The notes: generated by a model not told the origin, from the letters alone. Positions 42,375 through 54,055 are shown, counted from the stretch's first letter. The stretch: DNA of 64,000 nt from Atribacterota bacterium (GCA_040767965.1 JAXGNR010000004.1:768001-832000), one strand, 5' to 3'. Program-made: numbers and translations.

Positions 42375-43329
42375 AAAAATCCTCCTTAAATATTTTTTCC
42401 TTAAAAAGTAAAATAAGATTTTTTACTGCACTGTACGGATCATCGTTTTGATATAATACTGTGCTTATCTCTTTCTCTATTCTTTCTTTGCCGATATATT
42501 CAAAAAACATCTCTCTCCAAGTTTCCTGTAAAAGATCAATAATTTCTTTTCTGGTTCTATTTTTTCTTCTTTCCAATAAATCTCCACTTTCTTTTAAGTG
42601 AATAAATAATCTATTTATTTCTTGCCATAGCAAATTAATTCCAATATTTTCGGTTCCTATTGTTTTTATAATAGAAGGTTCCCATTTTTTTTCCAGTGGG
42701 TTTAAATGTAGCAACATCTCTATTTCAGCAACCAATTTATCGCTTCCATCCCGATCAGATTTGTTTACAACAAAGATATCACCTATCTCCATAATACCAG
42801 CCTTTATAATTTGTATGTCATCCCCCATGCCTGGCATAACAATCAGTAGAACGACATCTGAAACTTTTATTATATCTATTTCAGATTGTCCAACACCCAC
42901 AGTTTCAATAAAAATAATATCTTTACCCATGGCATCCATAATCCTAACTATTGCTTGGGTAGATCTGGATAAGCCCCCTAAATGACCCCTGGCTCCGATA
43001 CTTCTTATAAAAACATCTTTATCAGTGGTGTGATCCTGCATTCTTATTCTGTCTCCTAAAATGGCACCACCAGAAAATGGGCTACTGGGATCTATGGCAA
43101 TTATGCCAACTTTTTTATTTAAATGGCGAAGGTGTTTTGTTAGCTTATCTGTAATAGTGCTTTTGCCTGAACCTGGAGATCCTGTAATTCCAATCACTAT
43201 GGCCTTCCCACAATATTTGTGCAATTCTTTCAATATCGGTTGAGAAGACTGAAAATCATTTTCGACCATAGATATTAATCTTGCAACTGATCTAGTATCA
43301 CCTTCTCTAATTCTTGTAATAAGATCCAT
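42367..43329 (-). CDS. meaB: Mutase-associated GTPase MeaB
   Basis: GSPGSGKS, DPSSPFSGGAILGDRIRM, ETVGVGQSE, NKSD. Confidence 0.95.
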   Translation of the reverse strand: MDLITRIREGDTRSVARLISMVENDFQSSQPILKELHKYCGKAIVIGITGSPGSGKSTITDKLTKHLRHLNKKVGIIAIDPSSPFSGGAILGDRIRMQDHTTDKDVFIRSIGARGHLGGLSRSTQAIVRIMDAMGKDIIFIETVGVGQSEIDIIKVSDVVLLIVMPGMGDDIQIIKAGIMEIGDIFVVNKSDRDGSDKLVAEIEMLLHLNPLEKKWEPSIIKTIGTENIGINLLWQEINRLFIHLKESGDLLERRKNRTRKEIIDLLQETWREMFFEYIGKERIEKEISTVLYQNDDPYSAVKNLILLFKEKIFKEDFYV

Positions 43330-43352
43330 ATGGTTTTGCCTTTACTCTAAAA

Positions 43353-43754
43353 TTAATTTATATAAACATTTTCTTTTATAAATTCAACAATTTTCTTAGT
43401 TTCGGTACCAGGAGTAAATATTTCTTTAATTCCAATCTTTTTTAATTCAATTATATCTTCACTGGGTATTATTCCACCAGCAATAATAAGAATATCAGTT
43501 ATTTTTTTTTCTGCAAGCATTTGGATTATTTTTGGAAATATGTACATATGAGCACCAGACAATATACTAAGACCAATTACATTTACATCTTCCTGAATAG
43601 CTGTTTCAATTATCTGTTCAGGGGTTTGTCTTAATCCGGTATATATAACTTCCATTCCAGCATCTCTTAAAGCTCTGGCAATTACTTTAGCTCCACGATC
43701 ATGTCCATCCAAACCAGGTTTAGCAATTAGCACTCTGATCCTTGTATTTCCCAT
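43353..43754 (-). CDS. Methylmalonyl-CoA mutase B12-binding subunit
   Basis: [10 protein letters not shown] (DxHxxG), SILSGAH, GGIIP. Confidence 0.95.
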   Translation of the reverse strand: MGNTRIRVLIAKPGLDGHDRGAKVIARALRDAGMEVIYTGLRQTPEQIIETAIQEDVNVIGLSILSGAHMYIFPKIIQMLAEKKITDILIIAGGIIPSEDIIELKKIGIKEIFTPGTETKKIVEFIKENVYIN

Positions 43755-43772
43755 AACCTATCCTCCCGGTCA

Positions 43773-45449
43773 TTATATTTTCATAGAATCTTTGTATTCA
43801 CCGAATACATCTCTTAGTTCATTGCATATTTCTCCTAATGTAGCATAACTTTTAATACAATCCACTATAAAAGGCATTAAATTATCATCAGTTTTTGCAG
43901 CTTCTTTAAGTCTGGTTAAATTTTCTATTACTTCTTTTTCACTTCGGGCGCTTTTTGTTTGTTCCAACTTTTTAATTTGCTGTTTTTCTATTTCTGGATT
44001 TACTTTAAGCAAATCCTTTAATTCATCTTCTTCTGACTGAAATTGATTTAATCCAACAATAATTCTTTTTTTACCTTCAATATCTTTTTGATATTGATAT
44101 GCGCTATTTTGTATTTCTTTTTGAATATAACCTTTCTCTATAGCTTTTGGGCTCCCTCCCAGCTTGTCAATTTGATGAATATAATCAATTACTGCTTCTT
44201 CAATATCTTTAGTCATTTTTTCAATATAATAGGAGCCAGCAAGCGGATCAACAGTTTCATTAACACAACTTTCATGAGCAATAATTTGTTGTGTCCTTAG
44301 TGCTATTCGTACTGATTTTTGTGAAGGCAAGGAAAGTGCTTCGTCTCTAGAGTTAGTATGTAAAGACTGAGTCCCTCCCAGCACAGCGGCCAATGCTTGT
44401 AAAGTAACTCTTATAATATTATTATCTGGCTGTTGAGCAGTTAAGGTACAACCTGCAGTTTGTGTATGAAAGCGAAGCATTAAAGATTTAGGATTTTTTG
44501 CTTTAAATCGATTTTTCATAATATTTGCCCACAGTTTTCTCGCTGCTCTAAACTTTGCAACTTCTTCAAATAAATCATTATGAGAGTTAAAGAAAAAAGA
44601 TATTCTTGGAGCAAAGTCATCTATATCCAATCCTTTTTTTACAGCAGCATTAACATATGCAATACCATTTGCTAATGTAAAAGCAATTTCTTGTATGGCT
44701 GTAGAGCCTGCTTCTCTTATATGATAACCACTGATACTTATAGTGTTCCATTTAGGCAATTTTTTTGAACAATACTCAAAAGTATCAGTAACCAATCTCA
44801 TCGAGGGTGAAGGTGGGAAAATATAAGTTCCTCTGGCCACATATTCTTTGAGAATATCATTCTGAATAGTTCCACTCAATTTTTCAATGGATACACCTTG
44901 TTTTTCAGCAACTACTATATACATTGCCAGCAAAATAGCAGCAGGAGCATTTATGGTCATTGAAGTGCTAACTTTTTCTAATGGTATTCCCTGGAATAGT
45001 ATTTCCATATCTTTTAGTGAATCAATAGCTACACCAACTTTCCCAACCTCTCCAAGTGACATGGGATGGTCAGAGTCATAGCCAATTTGAGTTGGTAAAT
45101 CAAAAGCAATGCTTAATCCAGTTTGCCCGTTTTTCAACAAATATTTGTATCTTTTATTGGATTCTTCTGCATCACCAAAACCGGCATATTGTCTCATAGT
45201 CCATAAACGGCCTCGATACATGGTAGGTTGCACACCTCTAGTAAAAGGGTATTCTCCTGGATAACCTATATCATCAAGAAAGCTGATTTTTTCCAGGTCT
45301 AAGGGATCATATATTCGCTGAATCTCCTGATTTGATCCGGTTAAAAAATTACTTTTCCTCTCAGGAAACTTAGTTAAAACTTCTGATAAAGTATTTTCTT
45401 CCCAATACTTTTTTGCTGATTGTATATTTTTTTTATTCATCTCATTCAT
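43773..45449 (-). CDS. Methylmalonyl-CoA mutase substrate-binding subunit
   Basis: WTMRQYAGF (Tyr) and [12 protein letters not shown] (Arg) specificity residues typical of MCM rather than isobutyryl-CoA mutase. Confidence 0.93.
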   Translation of the reverse strand: MNEMNKKNIQSAKKYWEENTLSEVLTKFPERKSNFLTGSNQEIQRIYDPLDLEKISFLDDIGYPGEYPFTRGVQPTMYRGRLWTMRQYAGFGDAEESNKRYKYLLKNGQTGLSIAFDLPTQIGYDSDHPMSLGEVGKVGVAIDSLKDMEILFQGIPLEKVSTSMTINAPAAILLAMYIVVAEKQGVSIEKLSGTIQNDILKEYVARGTYIFPPSPSMRLVTDTFEYCSKKLPKWNTISISGYHIREAGSTAIQEIAFTLANGIAYVNAAVKKGLDIDDFAPRISFFFNSHNDLFEEVAKFRAARKLWANIMKNRFKAKNPKSLMLRFHTQTAGCTLTAQQPDNNIIRVTLQALAAVLGGTQSLHTNSRDEALSLPSQKSVRIALRTQQIIAHESCVNETVDPLAGSYYIEKMTKDIEEAVIDYIHQIDKLGGSPKAIEKGYIQKEIQNSAYQYQKDIEGKKRIIVGLNQFQSEEDELKDLLKVNPEIEKQQIKKLEQTKSARSEKEVIENLTRLKEAAKTDDNLMPFIVDCIKSYATLGEICNELRDVFGEYKDSMKI

Positions 45450-45680
45450 TATAAGCATGCCTCCTCTTTCTGAATAATCAATATTAAAAACGAATACTTT
45501 TATGCTTTTTAAATAATTTTTAATATTCCTATACTTTTAATTTAGAGAGATATAGATCTATAAAGAAAAGAATATTTAATAAAATAATAGCCAATATAAA
45601 AAAAGATATGAAATAATTATATCTTCCGAAGAATAAAGAATACTAAATTTGATCTCAGGGTAAATATTTAATTTGGATTT

Positions 45681-46523
45681 TTATTCTGAATTATTAATGT
45701 TGTTGATATTTTTTTCTAGTATTAAATCTTCAATTATAACATCTATTTTAATAACATTAATTCCGGTTATATAATACAATTCTCTTTTTAATTTTTCTTG
45801 CACTTCTTTAACTGTATTAGTAAGATTACCGCCATATTGCAGGATTAAACTCATCTGGATCAAAATACCTTCTTCACTCATATTTATCTTGGTTTTACCT
45901 AGTCTGATTATTTCTTTAAAATCTTGAATTCCAAAAAAAATAACATCCAGAATAGCGTTTTCAGAAATAAATAATTTTCCAAAATAACTGAATGGAGGTC
46001 TGACAACGGTTCTTTCTCCTATCTTTCTGCTTGCATATCTCTTTTTATAGAATATTTCCAATGATTCAACTAAATTAATCGGAAATTTTCTTTGAACTTC
46101 TATGCTTGGCAGAGGAATTATATGTGTTCCATCTTTTGATCTACTATTTCTTGCTAACTGGATTTCTTTTTCTGTTGAAATGTCTTCTATTTTTATGATA
46201 CGATTTATTTCTGAAAGCTCTAATGTTTGAACAATTTTATCAATCATTTCAACAGAAGTTCCCAAAATCATAATTTTTTTAGGCATTTCCTGTCTTAATA
46301 TTTCCTTTACTGACTGTGCATGCTCTTTTTCGAAAAAAATAGCTCTTCTTATAGCTTGTATTCTATTTGCTTCTTTTTTAGCTGAAAGTCCTGCTAATAT
46401 TTTGTCTTTTTTTATTAACAAACCATCATCAATTATGTATTCAATATTTTCTTTATGAGCAATCAATAATGCCTTATGGCTTTTGCCTGTTCCGCTTTCT
46501 CCAACTAGTGCTATTACTTTCAT
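45681..46523 (-). CDS. P-loop NTPase fused to an Asp23/Gls24-like domain
   Basis: VGESGTGKS, IIDDGLLI, ILGTS; C-terminal VRPPFSY.GK..ISE...VQE.....TG.NV..IDV resembles Asp23. Confidence 0.7.
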   Translation of the reverse strand: MKVIALVGESGTGKSHKALLIAHKENIEYIIDDGLLIKKDKILAGLSAKKEANRIQAIRRAIFFEKEHAQSVKEILRQEMPKKIMILGTSVEMIDKIVQTLELSEINRIIKIEDISTEKEIQLARNSRSKDGTHIIPLPSIEVQRKFPINLVESLEIFYKKRYASRKIGERTVVRPPFSYFGKLFISENAILDVIFFGIQDFKEIIRLGKTKINMSEEGILIQMSLILQYGGNLTNTVKEVQEKLKRELYYITGINVIKIDVIIEDLILEKNINNINNSE

Positions 46524-46624
46524 ATTACAATTTAACCTCAATCAGTTTTATGAAACACCTTCTAATAATTAATAATTGTAAGAATATTCAGACTTCTGGT
46601 AATAAATTTACTCTCAAAATATAC

Positions 46625-47941
46625 TTATTTCAGTTTACAGCTTCTAATCCATCCTCTTCCTTCAACTGCATCTGCAACTCTTTTCACTGCTATCATATAA
46701 GCTGCCTCTCTGGGGTAAAGATTTTCTTTTTTTGCTAATTCATCAACATCTGTGAATGCAGAAGTAATTACTCGGTCCAGTTTTTCTAATACTTCTTCTT
46801 TTGGCCAATAATAATTCATATTATTTTGTACTTGTTCAAAATAAGAAACTGTTACTCCACCTGCATTACAGAGAAAATCTGGAATCACATAAATCCCTTT
46901 TTCTCGAATGATTTTATCAGCGCCTGGTGTTGTAGGCGTGTTGGCTGATTCTGCATAAATTTTAACTTTATTAAAATCTATTTCATTTACATTGGCATTA
47001 TGTACTGCCGAACCCAGAGCAGCAGGCATTATAATAGTAACAGGCTTTCTCAGCCATGCATCTGCATCTTCCTGTACCCATCCAAAAGATTTGGCTTTTT
47101 GCGGGCTGATAGTACCAAATTTATCCAGAGTACCTGGGGAAAATAAATCATCAGGATTAATTCCTCTTTCAGAACTATACGTATAGGCTTTTTTTTCCAT
47201 GGCATCCCAACAAGATATTGCTAATACTTTACCACCATATTCTGTGAATTTTTTAACAGCATATGACCCAACATTTCCTGCTCCCTGAATTGACAAAGTA
47301 GATTCATTTATATTGATTTTTAACTTCTTTAAAGCTTCTCTTATGCAAAAAATGGCACCAAAACCAGTAGCTTCTTTTCTTCCTAAAGAACCACCTATTC
47401 CAACTGATTTCCCAGTGACGAAACCTGGTTTCCTGCATCTTGCAATAGTGTCATATTCATCCATTATCCATAACATATCCTGCGGATTAGTGGCTACATC
47501 AGGGGCAGGGACATCAATTTCTGGCCCAACAAAATCATATACTTTTCTAACCCAACCACGGCAAAGCTTTTCAATTTCTCTGTCTGATAATTCCCTTGGG
47601 TTGCACACTATTCCTCCTTTCCCGCCTCCAAGGGGAATATTTACAACAGCACATTTCCAGGTCATCATCATCGCCAATCCTCTAACCATATCAAGTGTTT
47701 CATCTTCAGCAAACCTTAAACCACCTTTAGCGGGACCCCTTGCAGTAGAATGCTGTACCCGAAATCCAGTAAATGTTTTTGAATTTCCGTCATCCATTTC
47801 AATAGGGATTCTTATTATAACTTCTCTCTCGGCTTCTCTCAGAAAATTTTGAAGTGGTTTGCTTAAACAGCATTTCTCTGCATTAGAATCAAATTGCGAT
47901 TGTACAATTTCAAATGGATTCATTTTCTTATCTTCAATCAT
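46625..47941 (-). CDS. gdhA: Glutamate dehydrogenase (Glu/Leu/Phe/Val family)
   Basis: RVQH, GPAKGGLRF, MTWKCA, GGGKGG, DVPAPD, GGSLGR, QGAGNVG, NAGGV. Confidence 0.9.
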   Translation of the reverse strand: MIEDKKMNPFEIVQSQFDSNAEKCCLSKPLQNFLREAEREVIIRIPIEMDDGNSKTFTGFRVQHSTARGPAKGGLRFAEDETLDMVRGLAMMMTWKCAVVNIPLGGGKGGIVCNPRELSDREIEKLCRGWVRKVYDFVGPEIDVPAPDVATNPQDMLWIMDEYDTIARCRKPGFVTGKSVGIGGSLGRKEATGFGAIFCIREALKKLKININESTLSIQGAGNVGSYAVKKFTEYGGKVLAISCWDAMEKKAYTYSSERGINPDDLFSPGTLDKFGTISPQKAKSFGWVQEDADAWLRKPVTIIMPAALGSAVHNANVNEIDFNKVKIYAESANTPTTPGADKIIREKGIYVIPDFLCNAGGVTVSYFEQVQNNMNYYWPKEEVLEKLDRVITSAFTDVDELAKKENLYPREAAYMIAVKRVADAVEGRGWIRSCKLK

Positions 47942-47965
47942 TTTTAACCTCCTAAAAATAATTGA

Positions 47966-49399
47966 TCATTTATCTTTTCTCAAGCTTTTACCAGAAGTTA
48001 AGTATTTATGAATTGATCTTGCAGCAACTTTGCCATCACCAACCGCAGAAATAACAGTAGCTGCACCTCTGACTATATCACCCCCTGCAAAAATTCCTTC
48101 TACTGCAGTCATTTTTGTTTTTTCATCGACTAAAAAATATCCCCATTTATTCACTTTAACATCAGTTGCATCATTTGCAATAATAGGGTTAGCCATTGTT
48201 CCTATTGCATCAATAACCATATCAATTTTAATAACGAAATTAGAATTTTCAATTTGAATAGGTCTTCTTCTTCCAGATTCGTCCGGATCTCCTAATTCCA
48301 TTTTTATACATTCAATTCCTGTTACAATACCCTTTTCATCACCAAGAATTCTTACAGGAAGTGTTAGAAAATGGAAAATAATCCCTTCTTCTTCTGCGTG
48401 ATGCACTTCTTCTAATCTTGCTGGAACTTCTTTTCTGGAACGTCGATAAATAATATAAGAATTTTTTGCACCAAGACGCAAAGCCGTTCTTGCAGAATCC
48501 ATTGCAACATTTCCAGCACCTATTACCGCAGCGTTTTCACCAATTTTTATAGGTGTATCAAATTCTGGAAAGAGGTAAGCTTTCATCAGATTAGAGCGGG
48601 TTAAAAATTCATTTGCAGAATATACATTATTCATATTTTCACCAGGGATATTCATGAAACGAGGAGCCCCAGCGCCATTCGCCAAAAAAATAGCATCAAA
48701 TTCTTTTTTTAAATTTTTAATTTTGCCAGTAGCACCTACTATATAATTAGTAACAATCTTAACTCCCAGTTTCTCAATTTCCTCAACTTCATATCTTACA
48801 ATTTCTTTTGGTAACCTGAATTCTGGAATACCATATACCAGAACTCCTCCAGGTTTATGCAGGGCTTCAAAAAGAGTCACTTTATATCCCATTTTAGCGA
48901 GATCTGCTGCACAGGTAAGTCCTGCTGGTCCTGAACCAACTACAGCTACTGATAAATTATTTTTTGATTTCCCAGATTGTTCTCCGTGGATATTATTTTT
49001 TCTGGCCCAATCGGCTACAAAACGTTCCAATCTGCCAATTTCAATTGGTTTTCCTTTTTTATTTAGAACGCATTCTTTCTGACATTGTTCCTCTTGAGGG
49101 CAAACTCTTCCAGTAACAGCTGGTAATGTATCTGTTTCTAAAATTGTTTGATAAGCTTTCTTAAAGTCTTCTTCAACAATATATTTTATAAATATAGGTA
49201 TGTTAATTTCTGCCGGACAACCATTTATGCAAGTTGGATTTTTGCATTGCAGACATCTTTGAGCTTCTTTTATAGCCTCTTCTTTACTATAACCCAAAGG
49301 AACCTCGTCAAAATTTTTTATCCGGACAGATGGATTTTGTTCTCTCATGGAAATCGGTTCTTGTTTTACTCTATCTTTTAAAGGTAACATCTCAGCCAT
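47966..49399 (-). CDS. NfnB/GltD-like flavo-iron-sulfur subunit (often annotated homotetrameric NADPH glutamate synthase)
   Basis: RCLQC..P.C..GCP, GRVCPQE.QC, GSGPAGL, GAGNVAMD, GGDIVRGAATV. Confidence 0.88.
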   Translation of the reverse strand: MAEMLPLKDRVKQEPISMREQNPSVRIKNFDEVPLGYSKEEAIKEAQRCLQCKNPTCINGCPAEINIPIFIKYIVEEDFKKAYQTILETDTLPAVTGRVCPQEEQCQKECVLNKKGKPIEIGRLERFVADWARKNNIHGEQSGKSKNNLSVAVVGSGPAGLTCAADLAKMGYKVTLFEALHKPGGVLVYGIPEFRLPKEIVRYEVEEIEKLGVKIVTNYIVGATGKIKNLKKEFDAIFLANGAGAPRFMNIPGENMNNVYSANEFLTRSNLMKAYLFPEFDTPIKIGENAAVIGAGNVAMDSARTALRLGAKNSYIIYRRSRKEVPARLEEVHHAEEEGIIFHFLTLPVRILGDEKGIVTGIECIKMELGDPDESGRRRPIQIENSNFVIKIDMVIDAIGTMANPIIANDATDVKVNKWGYFLVDEKTKMTAVEGIFAGGDIVRGAATVISAVGDGKVAARSIHKYLTSGKSLRKDK

Positions 49400-50271
49400 T
49401 AGTCATTCCCTCCCCTTGAACTGTCACACTGACAAGATTTTTTCTTTTTTTGGTTGTCCCATGATTTACCTTCTTCATTTCTATAGCGGTTAATACGATT
49501 CATAAACTCATCCCATTCAACTAATTGACCATCAAATTCTGGTCCATCGGTACAAACAAATTTAGTTTCTCCACCTATTGTAACTCTGCACGAACCACAC
49601 ATCCCAGTGCCGTCCACCATAATAGTATTGAGGCTTACAATAGTTTCCACCGGATATGATTTAGTTAAAGCAGTTGTTACTTTCATCATAATAGGAGGGC
49701 CAATAGTCCATATTTTTTTAATAGTTTTATCATTGTCTAACTTTTCTTTTAACACTTCAGTTACAAAACCTTTTCTGCCATAACTGCCATCATCGGTTGT
49801 TATAATAAGTTCATCAGAAACTTTCCGCAATTCTTTTTCCATAATTATTAGTTCTTTAGACCTGGCCCCAATTATAGTTATAACTTTATTGCCAGCTTTT
49901 TTTAAATTACGTGCAATGGGATGAACACATGCAATACCTGTTCCTCCCCCCACCAATACAACTGTTCCATAGTTTTCTATTTCGCTTTTTTTCCCCAATG
50001 GGCCTGTAAACGAATAAAGATATTCCCCTTCTTCGAAATTTGATAATTGATCAGTAGTTTTTCCGGCTACCTGGAATACAATTTGTATTGTTCCTTTTTG
50101 TCTGTCATAGTCAGCAACAGTTAGTGGAATCCTTTCCCCTTTTTCATCTGTCATTAATACTACAAACTGACCTGGCTGTACATTCTTTGCGATCTGGGGG
50201 GCATCTATCCACATAGAAAAAATATTCTTATAAAGGATTTCTTTTTTAATTATTTTAAACATTTTTAGCAA
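49399..50271 (-). CDS. NfnA/SudB-like FAD/NAD-binding [2Fe-2S] subunit
   Basis: PGQFV, ERIPLT, GPLG, GGGTG, MVDGTGMCGSCRV...CTDGPEF. Confidence 0.9.
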   Translation of the reverse strand: MLKMFKIIKKEILYKNIFSMWIDAPQIAKNVQPGQFVVLMTDEKGERIPLTVADYDRQKGTIQIVFQVAGKTTDQLSNFEEGEYLYSFTGPLGKKSEIENYGTVVLVGGGTGIACVHPIARNLKKAGNKVITIIGARSKELIIMEKELRKVSDELIITTDDGSYGRKGFVTEVLKEKLDNDKTIKKIWTIGPPIMMKVTTALTKSYPVETIVSLNTIMVDGTGMCGSCRVTIGGETKFVCTDGPEFDGQLVEWDEFMNRINRYRNEEGKSWDNQKKKKSCQCDSSRGGND

Positions 50272-51497
50272 TTTCCCACCTTGTTTTTATTATTTAATTT
50301 TTTACATATATCCATAGTATCACGAGCAATCATCAATTCTTCATTGGTAGGTATAACCAGAACAGTTACCTTTGAATTATCCTTGCTTATCACGCCAAAT
50401 TTTCCCCTGGCTGCACTGTTTTTCTCACAATCAATGTCAATACCGAAATAATTAAGATCCTGGCATACTTCTTTTCTTAAAGATGGTGAATTTTCACCTA
50501 TACCTGCAGTAAAAATTAATACATCCAGGCCATTCATTGCTGCAATGTAAGATCCTATGTATTTTTTTATTCCATAATTTAATACATCCAAAGCTCTTTT
50601 TGCCTTTTCATTTCCTTCTTTGGCTTTTTCTTCCAAATCTCTTTTATCGCTTGATATTCCTTCAGATAAACCAATAAAACCACTTTCTTTATTCATGATT
50701 GTATTCATCTGTTCATGGTTAACTTTTTCTTTATCCATTAAAAATGTAACTACTGCTGGGTCGATATCACCGCATCTAGTCCCCATAATTATTCCAGGAA
50801 CCGGAGTAAAGCCCATACTGGTATCAATTGATTTTCCATCTTTGATAGCTGTAATACTTGAACCATTTCCTAAGTGGCAAGTAATTATCTTTAATTCCTT
50901 TAATTCTTTTTTCAGGATTTCAGCTGCTTTATGGGCAACATATTTATGGGAGGTTCCGTGAAAGCCATATCTTCTTATTTTGTATTTTTCATAATATCTG
51001 TAAGGCAAACCATACAAATAGGCGTATTCAGGAATTGTTTGGTGAAAAGCAGTGTCGAAAACCCCGATTTGAGGAGTTTCAGGTAATAGCTCTTGGCAAA
51101 CTTTTATTCCAAGAATGTTAGGAGGATTATGTAAAGGAGCTAATTCAATGCATTCATTTAAAGTATCCATAATATCTTTATTTATTAAAACTGAACCTGA
51201 ATATTTTTCACCGCCATGTACAACACGATGGCCAATCGCATAAATCTCTGAAATATTTTCAATTACCCCATAATCCTTATTCAGCAAGGATTCAATAACC
51301 AGTTCAATTCCTTTGCGATGATCAGAAATATTGACCTTTTTTTTCATTGCTTCTTTACCTGCAGGGTAATGGTTTATCAATGAACCGTCTATGCCAATTC
51401 TTTCTACTAATCCTTTTGCTAATATAGACTCATCAGTCATATCATAAAGCCGATATTTAATAGATGAGCTACCGCTGTTGACCACTAATACTTTCAT
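50265..51497 (-). CDS. ackA: Acetate/propionate kinase
   Basis: NSGSSS, GHRVVHGG, APLHNP, FDTAFH, YGFHGTSH, HLGNG, PTNEE. Confidence 0.96.
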   Translation of the reverse strand: MKVLVVNSGSSSIKYRLYDMTDESILAKGLVERIGIDGSLINHYPAGKEAMKKKVNISDHRKGIELVIESLLNKDYGVIENISEIYAIGHRVVHGGEKYSGSVLINKDIMDTLNECIELAPLHNPPNILGIKVCQELLPETPQIGVFDTAFHQTIPEYAYLYGLPYRYYEKYKIRRYGFHGTSHKYVAHKAAEILKKELKELKIITCHLGNGSSITAIKDGKSIDTSMGFTPVPGIIMGTRCGDIDPAVVTFLMDKEKVNHEQMNTIMNKESGFIGLSEGISSDKRDLEEKAKEGNEKAKRALDVLNYGIKKYIGSYIAAMNGLDVLIFTAGIGENSPSLRKEVCQDLNYFGIDIDCEKNSAARGKFGVISKDNSKVTVLVIPTNEELMIARDTMDICKKLNNKNKVGNC

Positions 51498-51524
51498 TAT
51501 TTTCACCTTTCATACAAAAATATT

Positions 51525-52070
51525 TTATAATTTTCCTCCGATTAAAAAGCCATGCTCTAAAGCTTTTAAGTTGATATCCATTATTCTGTCTGGTATTCTG
51601 GCAAAAATGGCATTTTTTATCGATTTATATGATATTATATTTGCAATCTTAGCAATAATACCCAGAGAAATAATATTTGCCACCAATTTATTTCCGATAA
51701 CTTTGACAGCATCCTCAGTAATCGGGTAGTGATATATTTTACCAGAAAAAGCAGGTATTTTTAAAACATTTGTGGAGTCAGCTAATAAAATCCCACTATC
51801 TTTAAGTTCGATAATATACTTATCACATGCTTGTTGAGTTAAAGCTAATAATATATCTGATTGTATTACTTTCGGATAATCAATTTTGTCATTGCTTATA
51901 ATTATTTCAGATCTGCTTGCACCACCTCTTGCCTCTGGCCCATAGGATTGGGTTTGAACTACTTCGAAACCATCGTATATTCCAGCTGCTTCAGCCAATA
52001 TTATTCCAGCTAAAATCAGACCCTGACCCCCTGAACCACTTAAACAGATTTCTTTTCTGAATTTATTCAT
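51525..52070 (-). CDS. korC: 2-oxoglutarate:ferredoxin oxidoreductase gamma subunit
   Basis: SGSGGQG, QSYGPEARGGAS. Confidence 0.85.
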   Translation of the reverse strand: MNKFRKEICLSGSGGQGLILAGIILAEAAGIYDGFEVVQTQSYGPEARGGASRSEIIISNDKIDYPKVIQSDILLALTQQACDKYIIELKDSGILLADSTNVLKIPAFSGKIYHYPITEDAVKVIGNKLVANIISLGIIAKIANIISYKSIKNAIFARIPDRIMDINLKALEHGFLIGGKL

Positions 52071-52910
52071 CTAGTTCACCCCTTTGTTGAATCAAATTGC
52101 ATATTTCCTGGTATTTTTCAGTATATTCAGGTTTATCTAAATTTAAAAATTCCCCAAAGGTATTTTTTCTTTTTTATCATTATCAGACAATTTTTGCCAT
52201 GTTTTTAAAGGAACAGTCAATTCTTTTATCCATTCAAGCATTTTTATAGGAGTTCTTAATTTATTCATTTTGCCATAAGAAACTGGGCAACTGGAGATCA
52301 TTTCAACTAATGAAAATCCTTTTTTGAGCAAAGCTTTTTTCATAAAACCAATACTTTGATTGACATTAAGTATTGAACTTCTAGCAACATATGACGCTCC
52401 TGCACAGGCTGCTAAATTAGATAAATCAAAATTTTGATCAATATTACCATAAGGAGCAGTGGATCCATATTTCCCAGTAGGCGTTAATGGCGAATATTGT
52501 CCTCCAGTCATACCATAAACCATGTTATTTATTATAATAGCAGTTATATCTATATTTCTCCTGGCAGAATGAATAAAATGATTGCCACCGATTGCGGAAC
52601 AATCTCCATCACCCATAACTGCAATTACTTTTAAATTAGGTTTAGCCATCTTTATTCCAGTGGCAAAAGCCAAAGCCCTACCATGGGTGGTATTCATGGT
52701 ATTGAAATCTACATATCCTGTAATTCTGCTGGAACAACCTATCCCGGAAACCATGACAATATCATCTTTTTCCCAACCAAGAGTATGGATTGCTCTAAGA
52801 ATGGCACCTAATACTATACCATTTCCACATCCAGGACACCATATATGAGGAAACATATCCATTCTGAGATACTGGTCTATTATCTTATTACCACTGACCA
52901 TACTACTCAT
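52063..52910 (-). CDS. korB: 2-oxoglutarate:ferredoxin oxidoreductase beta subunit (C-terminus frameshifted at a G run near 52151)
   Basis: WCPGCG, SGIGCSSR, GDGD, YGMTGGQYSP; adding one G restores ...LGEFLNLDKPEYTEKY... Confidence 0.87.
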
Positions 52911-54054
52911 TATCAACTTCCTCCTCAATTTTTACAAGGATCTCCATTGGAGTAATTAAATTACCATCAATGCGACTATATTTTATTACTGGACATTTTC
53001 CTTGTACATTTCTTTCCACTTCTCCAACCATTTGACCCAAATTCATCTCTGGCACAATTATTAATTTTACTTTTTCTGACAACATCTTGATTGCACAATC
53101 ATTAAAAGGCCATAATGTTATCAACTTTAATAATCCTGCTTTTATACCTTTCTCTCTTGCCATTTTAACTGTTCTTTCTGCTGCTCTGGCAACAGAACCA
53201 TATGCAATAATGGCAATATCTGCATCTTCTAACAGGAATCCTTCTTCAAGAAAAATATCTTTTTTATTAAATTCAATTTTATTATTTATTCTTCTTAAAA
53301 AATGATCAATTTCTTTTGTATCAGATGTAGGGTAACCTTTTTCATTATGAACCAACCCGGTAACATGATACCTGTATCCATCACCAAAGTCAGCCATTGG
53401 TGGAACTAAATCATCATCAGCCTTGAAAGGCATAAAACAATCTTTACCTTCTCTAGGCTTTTTCCTATTAATTATTTCCAATTCATCCAAAGAAGGAACG
53501 AGAACTTTTTCTCTCATATGAGATATTACTTCATCTAATAAAATCATTACAGGAGTCCTGTATTTTTCGCTAAAGTTTACGGCTTTTATTGTTGTAAGTA
53601 GAACTTCTTTAACATTTGATGGTGCTAGAGCAATCACCGGATGATCTCCATGCGTACCCCATCTTGCTTGCATAACATCTCCCTGCGAAGGCTTAGTGGG
53701 TAATCCTGTGCTTGGTCCACCACGTTGAGAATTTACAATTACACAAGGTATTTCACCGATTGTTGCAAAACCAATATTTTCAAGTTTTAAACAAATACCA
53801 GGCCCTGAACTTGCTGTCATTGATTTTAACCCAGTTAGAGATGCCCCAATAACTGCAGCCATACTTGCAATTTCATCCTCCATTTGCATAAACTTGCCTC
53901 CAATTCCTGGTAGCTTTCGAGCCATTTCTTCAGCTATCTCAGAAGCAGGAGTAATTGGATAACCTGCAAAAAACATGACACCAGCCATCAATGCCCCTTC
54001 AACACATGCTTCATTACCTTGTAATATCTTTATTTTTGCTTTGTTATCAGACAT
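52903..54054 (-). CDS. korA: 2-oxoglutarate:ferredoxin oxidoreductase alpha subunit
   Basis: GYPITPASE, QMEDEIA, QRGGPSTGLPT, WGTHGD. Confidence 0.88.
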   Translation of the reverse strand: MSDNKAKIKILQGNEACVEGALMAGVMFFAGYPITPASEIAEEMARKLPGIGGKFMQMEDEIASMAAVIGASLTGLKSMTASSGPGICLKLENIGFATIGEIPCVIVNSQRGGPSTGLPTKPSQGDVMQARWGTHGDHPVIALAPSNVKEVLLTTIKAVNFSEKYRTPVMILLDEVISHMREKVLVPSLDELEIINRKKPREGKDCFMPFKADDDLVPPMADFGDGYRYHVTGLVHNEKGYPTSDTKEIDHFLRRINNKIEFNKKDIFLEEGFLLEDADIAIIAYGSVARAAERTVKMAREKGIKAGLLKLITLWPFNDCAIKMLSEKVKLIIVPEMNLGQMVGEVERNVQGKCPVIKYSRIDGNLITPMEILVKIEEEVDNE

Positions 54055-54055
54055 G

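Noticed and set aside
43773-45449. Isobutyryl-CoA mutase (given nearby branched-chain genes)
   Set aside because: Has the Tyr and Arg specificity residues of methylmalonyl-CoA mutase and clusters with the epimerase and decarboxylase.
47966-49399. Annotation as a true glutamate synthase
   Set aside because: No large (GltB) subunit; pairing with an NfnA/SudB-like gene indicates a transhydrogenase-type complex.
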